Of a DNA stretch of 64,000 nt, positions 9,812-19,861 are shown piece after piece. The translations under genes were made by a program, and so were the position numbers. Below the pieces are notes generated by a model. That model had not been told where the DNA came from. It worked only from the letters and a program-made list of their open reading frames with translations, and made no database searches. The stretch is from a virus. Its lineage: Duplodnaviria; Caudoviricetes. The stretch is taken from the IMG/VR virus record IMGVR_UViG_3300028832_002790, positions 25,207-89,206 of that record. One strand, written 5' to 3'. How positions within the stretch are numbered: the stretch's first letter is position 1; each line of letters starts with the position of its first letter.

Positions 9812-12800
9812 TTATTGACATCCGCCTTTGTTTTTCTTGCTCTCTTCGCTGTCTTCTTTTTCGCCTTCGCAGATCTTGACTGGTCGCCTAGATCGTTTTC
9901 GCATTCGCCCCAGAAAGATTTTCCTACCAAATCGTAGTCCGTCTTCGTGTCCGTGTATTCGCTGGTTCCGATTCCTCTTATGCAGAACTTGTTTGTCGGC
10001 CAGCGTTCGAACACGTGAGTGGTATGATGACCGACGTGTATCGTCTCGTATGTATCGGACCCAATATGTACGCCCAAGTTGTATACGCTCGGGTTGTAAT
10101 CTATGTACAAGTCCACATAATATTCATACGGATGATATTCATTCGATATCGGAATCTGGTTGAGAGGCGCATACGGGGGAACCATTCCGATATAGTTCGG
10201 TGTCAGCCAGACACCTTCCTTATAATTGTCTATTACCCTCTCTGGAAAGAGAATATCTCCCTCTTCATCGGTTATGTCATCGAAACTATGCTTTCTGGTA
10301 CTTACTCCCACAAGATTCGGGTCGTTATACTCATATCTGTGGAATATCAATCGACGATAATTTCTTTCGATATCGTAGATATAATGAGTCGTACTCAAAT
10401 CGTCATAGCCGGAAGCTGACCAGTCGTCGTTGAATATCGATGTGTGGGCGTCCCAATACCCGGAACCGTCGTTTACATCGCACACCAAGTCGTTCGACAT
10501 GCTGTATGCCTCGGAAATTCTAGACTTGGCCGTAGGTGTCATCGGGACGGGGTGTATAATATCAGGCCCAATCTCGACTTCGTTCTTCTGCAACAGGCAG
10601 CTCATGCCAAAATTGTCCGAATTGAACTCGTTGGCCATATTGCCGTCCACGACATAATTTTTATTGACGGTGCCGTTTGGATCGTGCCTCATCGCGTTCC
10701 AGCCAGATCTGCTATCGGTATAATAATGCGATCTGTTGTTCACGCCAAACAGCTTTTTCTGCTTCCAGACATTCTTTCCGTCTTCGTCGACATTGAACGG
10801 GGTCGCGCTATAAACATATGCGTTGTTCCCAAGATTGTTCTTCGTCAACGGAAAACTTCCGCTGTTCAGCAGTCTGGTCGCCTCGTTATAAACCGAATTT
10901 GTTATGCCACCCTCTCCGTTTTTGATCCCGTTCGGATACTTGTCCGGCTTTGCGTCATAATAGGCACCGTTCTGTGCATACTTGTTCAAATACACAAGAC
11001 TGGTTTCAAAGCTGAAATTGTTGTTCTCGTAAGGATACAATCCCTTGTTGCCCTTCTTCGGATCGTACAAATACTTTTCGTTCTTGTTTCTCGTATCGAG
11101 AAGCTGGAACTTGCCCAGATATCTGTTCGATGTATACCACAGATTGTTATCGCTGTCTACCGCGACATGGTAAGGATATCCGTTCAGATTCGAAGCCGTT
11201 CCTGTTACATACACCGCATTTCCAGAATCTTGGTCGTCCGGCATATTGTTTGTCGTTTTGTACGGGCTGTCGGCGGAGACATAATTCAACCTATGGCCGG
11301 TCGCTTTGTGCTGATTGGTGCTCGGTGTATAATCTGCCTCTCTATCATACGGAAGAATGCCGATCTTTCCTTCTCTTCTGTCGGCGAATACCATTTCGTA
11401 CTTTATTCGCTTCGATTCGTTCGGAGTTCCGTAATACTCTATGTCGTTCTGTGAAATGACCATTCTGCCATCAGATGGCATTCTGCAACAAATGCTTCCA
11501 ATGGACATCGGAAGGTTGTTCTTATATTGCCCCGGTTCGCATAACGTCTTTTCCACACCGGGTTCGGTAGGACAGGTGAACGTACCATCAAGAAATATGC
11601 TTCTTAAATCCGAATTGCCCGATGTGTGATCCACCACATTGAACGGTGCCGGTTTGGAAACATTATAGTCGGCGTTTGACTTTTCTCCTTCGTTTGGCGT
11701 GTTATTGACCGTATCCTTGTATTTTCCGACCAATGTATAAGGATATCCGGCGAAGCCGAACGAATGGCTATCTCGGTTTCTTGATGGACGCCATCTGGTA
11801 GTGGTGGTAAAATAATTCTTTCCGGTGGAAGGCGTATTCGATGCGCTTATTGCTCTTCTATAGTTCGTATTGTTGGTGGCGGTCGACGATATGTTCTGCA
11901 TATCTTCAAACTGCCCGTTCGTATCATATAGATTCTCGTTTTGCGTACAGCCGTAGAAATAATTCAAATCCTGAAGCATCGAATTTCTTGTAATTTCAAA
12001 CTCGGGAATATCGTCCTCGATTGCAATTATTTCGATGTGCGTATTGTGAATGATATCGGATGGTGCGTCAGCCGCTCCGCCCGGTGCTCCGTTAGCCATT
12101 CCGATATATTTCGCCCATGGGTATTTCTTCAACGACTCTTCCGTTATTTTGGTGCCGTACCCAAAGCCTTCCGCTCGAATGTCTCCGCCGCTCGCCGCAG
12201 CTGGCGGGCGATGGTTGGAATTCCATCTGTCAATCGTCCAGTTGATGTGATGGACGGCTCTCGCCTTTGTGGCCCACACAAATTTGCACCCCGGCATGTC
12301 CCACATGACATGATCCATAGTTCTGTGCTCGGGGGTCGCGCACCAGTCCCACATAGCCACCGCATCGACCAACGTCTTATTTCTTTCTCTTTGATCTCTA
12401 TTTAAATTGTACCCATAGTGCTGCGACGCATGATTCGGCTGATTCTCGCTCAATATAGCATTGGACGAATGTCCTACAACTGTCCCCGTTACTGCTCTTT
12501 GGTGCATAACAGAACTGGTTTCCCAATATCCGCCGGATACGGGTGCGACAAGATTCTCGTATACGGCTTTTCCCATAATTGCATATGCGTGACTATTGCT
12601 AGTGTCGCCGTTTACAAACTGTGTGCCGTTCGTTCTACAAAGTCTTCCCGGTCTGACTCTTATTTTAATAGGATTACCGGCGGACTTTCTTTTTACTGAG
12701 CTAACTGTTAGCGGGGTGTGTCCGTTTACCCATACCTGACCGTTGATTCCAAATCCGATTCCGTATATATTGTTTCTGTTTGCGGGCGTCTGAACGATCG

Positions 12801-13872
12801 AATACATCGGATCTTTGCCGATATTTTCCTCGTTGCACCCAAAATGTCCTCTTTTTATTCTTGTGGCAGCCGTTATGTTCGAAGATGTCACCTTCAACTT
12901 TAAAACGGCCTCTTTGTCGTAAATTACATAAAAATAGCTGGTAGGAACCCCGGTGACACGTTCATTGGTGCATACCGCTCCGACGACCCTTTCCGGTGTA
13001 GCCACATTAAAGTCCGGGAACGGCCCCTTTCGCATCTTTTCTGTTATTTTGCCTTGGCTGTCCTCGTATATGGCGGCAATCTTGTTCGTGCCGTCATATG
13101 ACAAAAGCATATTATGGACCGCATCGTATGCTATTGCGTAAATCGGCTTGGATCCAAGGCTGACAGATCCTATCACCCTACCTGTCCAATAATCGAAGCA
13201 GTATATCGATCCCTTGTCGGTAGACGCCCATACTCTTCTCTCCTTCTTGGCGTTTTCACCAAGATCTCGGTTCATATCGACGGCAACGCGGACGAAATTG
13301 CCGGATTGTATGGTAGCTTTCCATACTTGGCCGCACTCTCCGTACCACCTGTCGTTTATCATCTGGTTCTTTTGCGACAACGCAACTATGCTGCTGCCAT
13401 CGCAAAAGAACCCCATGGGCGTGGCACCACGGTTCATTCTTCTCGAATAACCGTAAATCTTATAGAGGACTCCCTGCTCGCCAGCGCAGATTCTTCTGAT
13501 TACACGACGAAACTTTCTCTCGTTCCATTCAGGATCACGATTATAATTTAAATTATGAAGATTGTTGTCTTCGTTATTGTTCCAATCAAACTTGTCGACC
13601 AACTCTGTAGCCGGTTTGTCCGAATCGCTCTCCCTTTCCCAAGAATAGATCGTCCTGAACTTCTTTCGGACAGCAGGATCGGAATAATCGGCCATCTCGT
13701 TTGGATCCAAAATGGCTCTTAAAACATATAATTTCGTGATGTCCGTGTCGGCATACAGCTCTATGTCCCAAGTCAACCGTATGCTATGGTTCTTATAGAT
13801 CTCGTCCATTGTCGAAATGGACGTGAAATTCACGCTTGAACGAATATAACTTATGTCCTCTGCCTGTGCCAT
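9808..13872 (-). CDS. Large tail fibre/baseplate-like protein, 1354 aa, probable N-terminal beta-propeller and basic C-terminal tail
   Basis: Long N/G/T/Y-rich ORF heading the structural operon; late-type CATAAATA at 13889-13896. Confidence 0.6.
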   Translation of the reverse strand: MAQAEDISYIRSSVNFTSISTMDEIYKNHSIRLTWDIELYADTDITKLYVLRAILDPNEMADYSDPAVRKKFRTIYSWERESDSDKPATELVDKFDWNNNEDNNLHNLNYNRDPEWNERKFRRVIRRICAGEQGVLYKIYGYSRRMNRGATPMGFFCDGSSIVALSQKNQMINDRWYGECGQVWKATIQSGNFVRVAVDMNRDLGENAKKERRVWASTDKGSIYCFDYWTGRVIGSVSLGSKPIYAIAYDAVHNMLLSYDGTNKIAAIYEDSQGKITEKMRKGPFPDFNVATPERVVGAVCTNERVTGVPTSYFYVIYDKEAVLKLKVTSSNITAATRIKRGHFGCNEENIGKDPMYSIVQTPANRNNIYGIGFGINGQVWVNGHTPLTVSSVKRKSAGNPIKIRVRPGRLCRTNGTQFVNGDTSNSHAYAIMGKAVYENLVAPVSGGYWETSSVMHQRAVTGTVVGHSSNAILSENQPNHASQHYGYNLNRDQRERNKTLVDAVAMWDWCATPEHRTMDHVMWDMPGCKFVWATKARAVHHINWTIDRWNSNHRPPAAASGGDIRAEGFGYGTKITEESLKKYPWAKYIGMANGAPGGAADAPSDIIHNTHIEIIAIEDDIPEFEITRNSMLQDLNYFYGCTQNENLYDTNGQFEDMQNISSTATNNTNYRRAISASNTPSTGKNYFTTTTRWRPSRNRDSHSFGFAGYPYTLVGKYKDTVNNTPNEGEKSNADYNVSKPAPFNVVDHTSGNSDLRSIFLDGTFTCPTEPGVEKTLCEPGQYKNNLPMSIGSICCRMPSDGRMVISQNDIEYYGTPNESKRIKYEMVFADRREGKIGILPYDREADYTPSTNQHKATGHRLNYVSADSPYKTTNNMPDDQDSGNAVYVTGTASNLNGYPYHVAVDSDNNLWYTSNRYLGKFQLLDTRNKNEKYLYDPKKGNKGLYPYENNNFSFETSLVYLNKYAQNGAYYDAKPDKYPNGIKNGEGGITNSVYNEATRLLNSGSFPLTKNNLGNNAYVYSATPFNVDEDGKNVWKQKKLFGVNNRSHYYTDSRSGWNAMRHDPNGTVNKNYVVDGNMANEFNSDNFGMSCLLQKNEVEIGPDIIHPVPMTPTAKSRISEAYSMSNDLVCDVNDGSGYWDAHTSIFNDDWSASGYDDLSTTHYIYDIERNYRRLIFHRYEYNDPNLVGVSTRKHSFDDITDEEGDILFPERVIDNYKEGVWLTPNYIGMVPPYAPLNQIPISNEYHPYEYYVDLYIDYNPSVYNLGVHIGSDTYETIHVGHHTTHVFERWPTNKFCIRGIGTSEYTDTKTDYDLVGKSFWGECENDLGDQSRSAKAKKKTAKRARKTKADVNK

Positions 13873-13908
13873 ATTTGTTACTTTCTAATATTTATGGCGG
13901 CATTTTAC

Positions 13909-13938
13909 AAAAAACCACCCTTTCGGGTGGTCCTTTTT
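13909..13938 (-). terminator. Intrinsic terminator, possibly bidirectional, after the sliding clamp gene
   Basis: ACCACCC-TTTC-GGGTGGT stem flanked by A and T tracts. Confidence 0.75.
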
Positions 13939-14702
13939 CATCGCAATCTTTTCGGCACGATGTACTCCATAAGTGAGTTTTTTGTCTTTATCTTGAATAT
14001 CACGATTCCCGGATCTACGATCTGGACGGCACATTTTTCGAATTTGTTGGCCGCCACGAACTTGAACACCTCGTCCGTCACGATGATGCTGTCGTCCACC
14101 CCGATCGGTTCGCCCTCGAAGTTTTCGGCCAAAACCATCTCAACCCTGTCCGATGCCCCCTGCTCCTTGTCGGTGTGCAGGCACCTTACCCCGGTCTTTC
14201 CCGCAGACAGGTACATCTTGTCGTATGTCGGCATGCAGCTGGTGATGGACAGCAGCTTACGAAGGATTTCGGACTCAAGCTCGAACTCCGTCTTCGGAAC
14301 GAAAGCCTTGATCCTGTTCTTGGCCACCGTCTTTTTGTCCATCGCCTCGTCGACGAGGAGGGCAAACCGGAAAGACAGCGCGGGAGATTCGTACAGTAAG
14401 GCCGAACCGTCGTATGTGAATGTGACGGTATCGTCCGTCAGCTGATTCAGCGCGCTCAGGATCTTCCTCGTGTCTCCGATGTTCAGGCGAATCTCCCCCT
14501 CTGGAGCGCCATCCGGGTAGGAGATCTTGGTTTCCGTGAACAATGTGATCTGCGACTTGTGTGTTCCGCTCTCCATCTTGGTGATGGAATAGACGGTTTC
14601 GTCCGTATCGAGGATCAACTCGACCTTCTCGTTCAACTTCGAAGCCGGAGAAATGACCCGACTGATGAAATCAATCCGGTTCACTGTGAATTTGATATCC
14701 AT
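13938..14702 (-). CDS. 45: DNA polymerase sliding clamp (T4 gp45-like), 254 aa
   Basis: Size and two-domain pattern (LNIGDTRKILSAL...FRFAL...TEFEL) typical of gp45; replication context. Confidence 0.7.
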   Translation of the reverse strand: MDIKFTVNRIDFISRVISPASKLNEKVELILDTDETVYSITKMESGTHKSQITLFTETKISYPDGAPEGEIRLNIGDTRKILSALNQLTDDTVTFTYDGSALLYESPALSFRFALLVDEAMDKKTVAKNRIKAFVPKTEFELESEILRKLLSITSCMPTYDKMYLSAGKTGVRCLHTDKEQGASDRVEMVLAENFEGEPIGVDDSIIVTDEVFKFVAANKFEKCAVQIVDPGIVIFKIKTKNSLMEYIVPKRLR

Positions 14703-14708
14703 TTCTTT

Positions 14709-15131
14709 CTATTGCTTGGGTTTTTGTGGATTTTGTGAGGTCAGCGCCAGAAGAACCTGTAGAATGCTCTGCAAAGTCGAATCAATCGATTGCAATACTA
14801 TCATCGTGTCGCCAGACGCCGTGGTTCCGCCGAGCGGGCCGCCAGCGTTCGCGGTAAATCCCGGTTCGATCTTCTCGCCGGGCTTCGGTGCCACGATCGG
14901 ATTTCCCGACAGAGATTCCCTGCCTAGGCCGCTCGTCTGGTATTTGTCGACGTTGTGCATAGCCATCAGGAACTCCCTCTTGCTGATTGGCTCCAGCGCG
15001 ACCTTCTCCTCGGCGAAAGTGCCGTTCGAGTCGTTCTGATTCACGCTGGTCACATCGCCGTTCACCATCGAGAACAGCTTTGCCAATGCCTCCTGTTTGC
15101 TCTTATTAGTTATCATAGAATCTCCAAACAC
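14709..15131 (-). CDS. Hypothetical protein, 140 aa
   Basis: ORF fills the gap with a GTG start; function not recognised. Confidence 0.6.
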   Translation of the reverse strand: MFGDSMITNKSKQEALAKLFSMVNGDVTSVNQNDSNGTFAEEKVALEPISKREFLMAMHNVDKYQTSGLGRESLSGNPIVAPKPGEKIEPGFTANAGGPLGGTTASGDTMIVLQSIDSTLQSILQVLLALTSQNPQKPKQ

Positions 15132-15152
15132 ACCTATAGGTGCCGATTCTAT

Positions 15153-15524
15153 TTACTTGTTGTCGGAAGCGATTTCAAGCTCGTCGAAGATCGTGCGCTC
15201 CTTGGTGCCGTATCCCGGTGCCTTGTTGTTCACTCCGCTATCGACAAGATGCTCGATAAGAACCTCGATGGAGGAGGTCATGAACTTCTTGTTCGAATTG
15301 AAGAACTGGCCGCCGTCCCAATACTCGAAATACTTCTCTCCCAGCTCGTGCTTGTTCTCGATGCATGTGCAGAAGACGGAAGCGCAGCCCGGATCGATGA
15401 CGACCGTCCAGCGACGCGCGTCCATTTCGCCGTAGTTGGTATAAAGCTCGTCTACGACATATCCGCTGTCACGGAGGCGCTTTACGAAATACGATAGTGT
15501 TGTTGGCTTAGAAACATTTCCCAT
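15153..15524 (-). CDS. Hypothetical protein, 123 aa
   Basis: ORF with AGGAG SD; YFVKRLRDSGY...WTVVIDPG...DGGQF looks like a conserved T4-like phage family (from memory, not searched). Confidence 0.65.
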   Translation of the reverse strand: MGNVSKPTTLSYFVKRLRDSGYVVDELYTNYGEMDARRWTVVIDPGCASVFCTCIENKHELGEKYFEYWDGGQFFNSNKKFMTSSIEVLIEHLVDSGVNNKAPGYGTKERTIFDELEIASDNK

Positions 15525-15544
15525 TTTTATTCTCCTATTGTTGT

Positions 15545-16582
15545 TTAAAAATCGTTTGCGGAAACTCTGACCGCCAGACCGACGGCCTTGCCCAGTAGGG
15601 GAGGTACAGCGTTTCCGATCTGTACCAGCTGCTTGTTCTTCTTTCCTTCGAAGATGAAATCGTCTGGAAACGACTGAAGGCGGGCCATCTCGCGCGCCGT
15701 AAGCACCCTAGGAAGCCTCGGGTGGATGTTCACCCCTCCGTGATTCTCCTTGATGGTGCAGGACGCATCGTCCCACGGACACTTCTTCCAAGCGTCGCCG
15801 TATCCTTCGTACAGGCTCTTTCCCTCCTGCACTGCGGCCAACCGCTTCGCCATATCGGGGCTGTGCTTGGTCGGAACGTGGTTGAACGCCGGATCGACCG
15901 GATGGTTCATCAGGTCGGAAATTGCATCACCGACGGTCTTGTAGCTCGACGGATCCAACATCGGCTTCGGGTGGAAGTTCGTGACCCCGATCCTGTTTCC
16001 GATGAAGATGACGCGCTTTCGCTTCTGCGGAACATAGTAGTCTGCGGCGCACAGGGTGACAACGGACATTTCATATCCGATGGCCTTGAAATCCTCCAGA
16101 ATCTTCGTCTCGACCTTTCCGTCGAGCATACTCCTGAGTCCGGGGACGTTTTCGCAGACTACGAATTTCGGTCGCAGATTCTTGACGATCTCGACGAGCT
16201 CCTTATAGAGAGAATTGCGAGGATCGTCAACTACTCGCTTACCGGACATACTGAACCCCTGACAAGGGAATCCCCCCGCAACGATGTCCAGTTCCCTTCC
16301 GGCCAGCTGGGCGCGAACCGTGTCGTAGAAGCGCTGCTTCGTGTCTTCCTTCTTGATGTCTCCGTCGACATACGGATGACTGAAGTTGCGGGAATATGTC
16401 ATACCCGCCTCCTTGAACCAGTCCAGCCCGCAGATCCCCTGTAGACCAGACATCTCAAGTCCTTTGCTCAAGCCACCTGCGCCGCAGAACAGGTCGACGA
16501 ATGTCATCTTGGACGCGCCGGGATTGTCCCAGTGCGAGGATACATCCGCCCAGTTCGCGGCGCTTGAGGCGACTTTCGACAT
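15545..16582 (-). CDS. DNA (cytosine-5)-methyltransferase, 345 aa
   Basis: Motif I DLFCGAGG, catalytic GGFPCQGFS, ENV, QKRKRV, and C-terminal QIGNAVPP. Confidence 0.95.
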   Translation of the reverse strand: MSKVASSAANWADVSSHWDNPGASKMTFVDLFCGAGGLSKGLEMSGLQGICGLDWFKEAGMTYSRNFSHPYVDGDIKKEDTKQRFYDTVRAQLAGRELDIVAGGFPCQGFSMSGKRVVDDPRNSLYKELVEIVKNLRPKFVVCENVPGLRSMLDGKVETKILEDFKAIGYEMSVVTLCAADYYVPQKRKRVIFIGNRIGVTNFHPKPMLDPSSYKTVGDAISDLMNHPVDPAFNHVPTKHSPDMAKRLAAVQEGKSLYEGYGDAWKKCPWDDASCTIKENHGGVNIHPRLPRVLTAREMARLQSFPDDFIFEGKKNKQLVQIGNAVPPLLGKAVGLAVRVSANDF

Positions 16583-16598
16583 CTTCGATCTCCTTATG

Positions 16599-17645
16599 TT
16601 AGAGGTCGCCGATTCCGTATTCCTTCATCAGCTCGTCCACCTGCGTGTCGCTCGTCGGCTTGTCCTTCGTCGGCTTCGGAGTCTCCTTCTGTGGAGCCGG
16701 AGTCTCGACGATATCTGGATCGGGCTCGGCGAACGGAAGATCATCGTCCTCCAGATCGTCCTTGATCGGCTTCGTCGGCATCGGCGGGGCCTTTCTGGCG
16801 GGAGCCGGAGCTGGCGCTGGTGCGGGAGCCGGAGCTGGTGCCGCGACGGGAGCGGCGGACTCGCCGAGAATGTCGGCGAAGGCGGGGCGGATGTGCTCGT
16901 CGAAGACGCGCTGCGCCTCCTCGTTCGTGGACTTCTTGAAGTATGTCGCCAAATTGAACGTACCGGCGTAGATCCTGTCGACGTCGGCGTCGGTGATGTT
17001 CTTCACGTCGTCGGCGCATTCCTCCGCATCGGCGAAGTAGGAATCGGTGAACTGCGGATAGCGCTGTCCGCCGACCCCACGGATGTCCTTGATGGTCATC
17101 ACAAACGTGTTGCCCTCCGCGTCGAGGCGGAAGATGTTGTTTCCGAAGCGCTTCGCGTCACGACCGGAAGTCGCGCGCTTGAAGATCTCCATGATCGGCT
17201 TGTTCATCTTGATGATCTTCACCGTTCCGTTCTGGGACGGCTCGACCGGATTGCTGACGACATAGCAGTTCATATACCACGTCTGATTCCGCATGAACCG
17301 ATCCTTCTTCAGACGATCCTGCGCGATGGCGTCGCCGGACTGCCATACCTTGTAGGTGCCGTTGCAGATCGGACAGCGGGACTCGGGACAGTCGATGGCC
17401 ATGAAGTTGCCGTCCTTCGCGGACTTGAAGTTGTGCCAGTTGCGGCACGCGGGATTCGGATCGCCGCGCTCCATGTCGAACAGGAAGCGGACGCGGATCT
17501 CGTACTCGGGATTCTTGTCAGCGAACTGCGCTCGATAGGTCACGAGCATATTGGGATCGGCCGCGCTGCTCTTCTGGCGCTCGCCGACGGTGGAATTGAA
17601 CTTGAGCTTGTTGAGAACGTCTAGGTAGTTGCTGCTGTTGCTCAT
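16599..17645 (-). CDS. 32: Single-stranded DNA-binding protein (T4 gp32-like), 348 aa
   Basis: IRVRFL, Zn ligands (WHNF...CPESRCPIC), YMNCYVVSNP..QNGTVKI, and an acidic C-terminal tail after a Pro/Ala linker. Confidence 0.9.
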   Translation of the reverse strand: MSNSSNYLDVLNKLKFNSTVGERQKSSAADPNMLVTYRAQFADKNPEYEIRVRFLFDMERGDPNPACRNWHNFKSAKDGNFMAIDCPESRCPICNGTYKVWQSGDAIAQDRLKKDRFMRNQTWYMNCYVVSNPVEPSQNGTVKIIKMNKPIMEIFKRATSGRDAKRFGNNIFRLDAEGNTFVMTIKDIRGVGGQRYPQFTDSYFADAEECADDVKNITDADVDRIYAGTFNLATYFKKSTNEEAQRVFDEHIRPAFADILGESAAPVAAPAPAPAPAPAPAPARKAPPMPTKPIKDDLEDDDLPFAEPDPDIVETPAPQKETPKPTKDKPTSDTQVDELMKEYGIGDL

Positions 17646-17687
17646 TTTGTTTATTTGTTTGTGTTTTGTGTGTTGTTTATGGTGCGT

Positions 17688-17716
17688 ACTATATCACACG
17701 CCCAAGAAGCTGTCAA
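17688..17716 (-). promoter_or_regulatory. sigma70-type promoter of gene 32
   Basis: TTGACA-N17-TATAGT. Confidence 0.85.
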
Positions 17717-18377
17717 CTGATTTTTTTGTCCTTTTGAGAAGCTGGACAAGAATGTCCTTCTGTTCCTTCGTCATCTTGTCCATTCCGCCCATTACGCTTT
17801 CCCTGAATCCTCTTCCGAACAACTCCGTGTCTTCCGATTCAGTTATGCACTTCCTGACGGCGCTTTCCGTGTCGAATCCGATCAACGAAAAGGAAATAAT
17901 ATTGTACTTCGTTATCTTGTTGCCGAGATAATCTGTTATCCAAGGATACATCACGAATCCGGCGGCGCTATCGTCGGCTATGTACTGCGCGAGCTTGATG
18001 TGCTTCTCCTTACAGCTGTTTGCGATGTACCTGAATCCCTCAAGCGTCCTTCTCATCGTCTCCCTGTCGTCCAGTCCGGGATCCGAGGTCACCGAATCGT
18101 TGTAGATCCGAATCGCCTTCGGTTTACAGAAGTCCGACAAGGATATGAACGCCTTTCCTCCGACGAAATCGTTCTCCTTTGCGTTGTAAGACGCCATGAA
18201 ATAATCCAGCTTGTTGATTCCGGGGAACGCCGAGAAAATCCGTTCGAGCTTCTCCAGCGCCGCAGCGTCGACATCCGACAGCCCGTCGAAGTCCTTCCTT
18301 GTGCGATACGGTCGCTTGTTGGCGATAGCCATAGCCTTCAGCCAAGTGTTGTATATGTTCTCACGAACGGCTTCCAT
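17694..18377 (-). CDS. Hypothetical protein in the gp59 (helicase loader) syntenic position, 227 aa
   Basis: Directly upstream of gp32 as in the T4 33-59-32 order; start moved to ATG 18377 because the track start lies inside a promoter. Confidence 0.45.
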   Translation of the reverse strand: MEAVRENIYNTWLKAMAIANKRPYRTRKDFDGLSDVDAAALEKLERIFSAFPGINKLDYFMASYNAKENDFVGGKAFISLSDFCKPKAIRIYNDSVTSDPGLDDRETMRRTLEGFRYIANSCKEKHIKLAQYIADDSAAGFVMYPWITDYLGNKITKYNIISFSLIGFDTESAVRKCITESEDTELFGRGFRESVMGGMDKMTKEQKDILVQLLKRTKKSVDSFLGV

Positions 18378-18384
18378 GTTTCGT

Positions 18385-18413
18385 ATAATACCAGATTGCC
18401 GACTGGAATTCAA
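18385..18413 (-). promoter_or_regulatory. sigma70-type promoter, 7 nt before the ATG (leaderless candidate)
   Basis: TTGAAT-N17(ending TGG)-TATTAT-N7-ATG. Confidence 0.7.
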
Positions 18414-18731
18414 CTACATTTTTGACATGATTCTATTTTTTATTCGATTGAGGTTCTGGCAAAACGTGGTCTTGACCTTTTTGGACTTCGTTGCCGCAGG
18501 AAACGCCAAGAAAAGATATCGCACCGCGTCGAACACTAAATCGAGCTCCGTGTACTGCATATACAGCCTGAACAGGTTGATGTCGCTGGACAGAAGCACA
18601 AGAAACTGAACGTCGTTGACATTCTTCGTCGAATTCAGCAACGACACAAGTATCCTGAACTTTCCAAGGGCCTCCATATACCCGCTAGGGAGCTGGTCTT
18701 CCTCCATTATGCCATATGTATCTTCTGCCAT
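18414..18731 (-). CDS. Hypothetical protein, 105 aa
   Basis: ORF; TAAATA at 18740-18745, 8 nt before the ATG. Confidence 0.6.
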   Translation of the reverse strand: MAEDTYGIMEEDQLPSGYMEALGKFRILVSLLNSTKNVNDVQFLVLLSSDINLFRLYMQYTELDLVFDAVRYLFLAFPAATKSKKVKTTFCQNLNRIKNRIMSKM

Positions 18732-18771
18732 ATTGAATATATTTATTTTCTGGTTTTATGGATGCAACAAC

Positions 18772-18800
18772 AAAAAAAGACCCGGACGAATCCGGGTCTT
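18772..18800 (-). terminator. Intrinsic terminator
   Basis: AAGACCCGGA-CGAA-TCCGGGTCTT followed on the minus strand by a U tract. Confidence 0.8.
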
Positions 18801-18822
18801 TGGACGAATGCCTTCGCCTGTG

Positions 18823-19173
18823 TTACTTGTTTTCCTGAACGATCTTGTCGAGATCGCCGGTAACGGCGACGAGCTTGTCGACAGGGGTCTGGGGGGCTGC
18901 TGCCGCCTCGACCTCCGCGCGAGCCGCTGCCGCGACGACTTCGGTGTTGCCGCCGAGCCACTTGAGAACAAGAGCGACTGCCTCGGCTGCCTTGTTGAGA
19001 TAGTCGATAACCTTGTCGAGAGCGGGAAGATAATGGAAATCAGGCTTGATCTCCGCGATCTCCTTCTTGACGAGGGTCACGACGTCAACAGCAACGAGGA
19101 TGCCCTTGTAGACATACTCGACGATGCTCACAATCTTGGAAAACTTTGAAAAGAATGCAATCAGTTTCTTCAT
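18823..19173 (-). CDS. Amphipathic/membrane-associated protein, holin-like candidate, 116 aa
   Basis: Hydrophobic helices (KIVSIVEYVYKGILVAVDVV, AAEAVALVLKWLGG); adjacent to a lipoprotein gene. Confidence 0.35.
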   Translation of the reverse strand: MKKLIAFFSKFSKIVSIVEYVYKGILVAVDVVTLVKKEIAEIKPDFHYLPALDKVIDYLNKAAEAVALVLKWLGGNTEVVAAAARAEVEAAAAPQTPVDKLVAVTGDLDKIVQENK

Positions 19174-19197
19174 AGTTCTTGTTTTTTTCCTCATAAA

Positions 19198-19623
19198 TTA
19201 TTTATCACCGGACTTACGAAAGTTCAAATATTCGATGAACTCGGGCATATTCTCCACATCGGAGTCCTGAACAACCCATCGGCATCCGTCCTCCTTGTGG
19301 TACTGGCCGTCCACGTCCTTGTACAGACCGGACGACACCATATACGGGCTTCTGTCCTCGCCGACGGCCTTCGCCGTGACCTCGCCCTTTTTACCGAGCT
19401 TCAGGTACTGTATGAAATCATACAAATCATTGTCGGAAATAACCCATTTTTCAATGATTTCCTCGTGCCTCTGTCCATCGACGTCCATATAGATCCCCGG
19501 AGGAATCTTGTATGGTATACCGTCCTGCACCAGCGGAACGTCGTCCCACTTGTGCCTATCACTCTGACAGCCCGATAATATCGATAAGCTGACGATAAGT
19601 GGCATCCATAGCTTCTTCTTCAA
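19198..19623 (-). CDS. Lipoprotein with an internally duplicated ~40-aa unit, o-spanin candidate, 141 aa
   Basis: TTG start with GGAG SD gives MKKKLWMPLIVSLSILSG-C, a classic signal peptide II lipobox. Confidence 0.6.
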   Translation of the reverse strand: MKKKLWMPLIVSLSILSGCQSDRHKWDDVPLVQDGIPYKIPPGIYMDVDGQRHEEIIEKWVISDNDLYDFIQYLKLGKKGEVTAKAVGEDRSPYMVSSGLYKDVDGQYHKEDGCRWVVQDSDVENMPEFIEYLNFRKSGDK

Positions 19624-19861
19624 TCTTTTCTCCCTTCTGCAATTTGTCAAAAAAATACTTTATGTCTTCCCAGACATCATTAACATATCTATTTAACGCC
19701 GTCGAATAGCTGGAAATACATTCCTCGTCGTCCCCGCATTTCTTTGCGACGAACGATTCGCCTACCAACAGAGCGTACCAACGCGCCATAGACTCGTCCG
19801 ACATGTTCCTGACATATTCAGACAATTCCCTTGGATCCGTCTCTTTTGTTGTAGTCGCCAT
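19559..19861 (-). CDS. Hypothetical protein, 100 aa
   Basis: ORF overlapping both neighbours in other frames. Confidence 0.55.
   Translation of the reverse strand: MATTTKETDPRELSEYVRNMSDESMARWYALLVGESFVAKKCGDDEECISSYSTALNRYVNDVWEDIKYFFDKLQKGEKIEEEAMDATYRQLIDIIGLSE

Noticed and set aside
2819-13872. Diversity-generating retroelement target in the tail genes
   Set aside because: No reverse transcriptase and no ~100-bp TR/VR repeat pair with A-specific mismatches was noticed by eye. A self-dotplot would be needed to exclude it fully.
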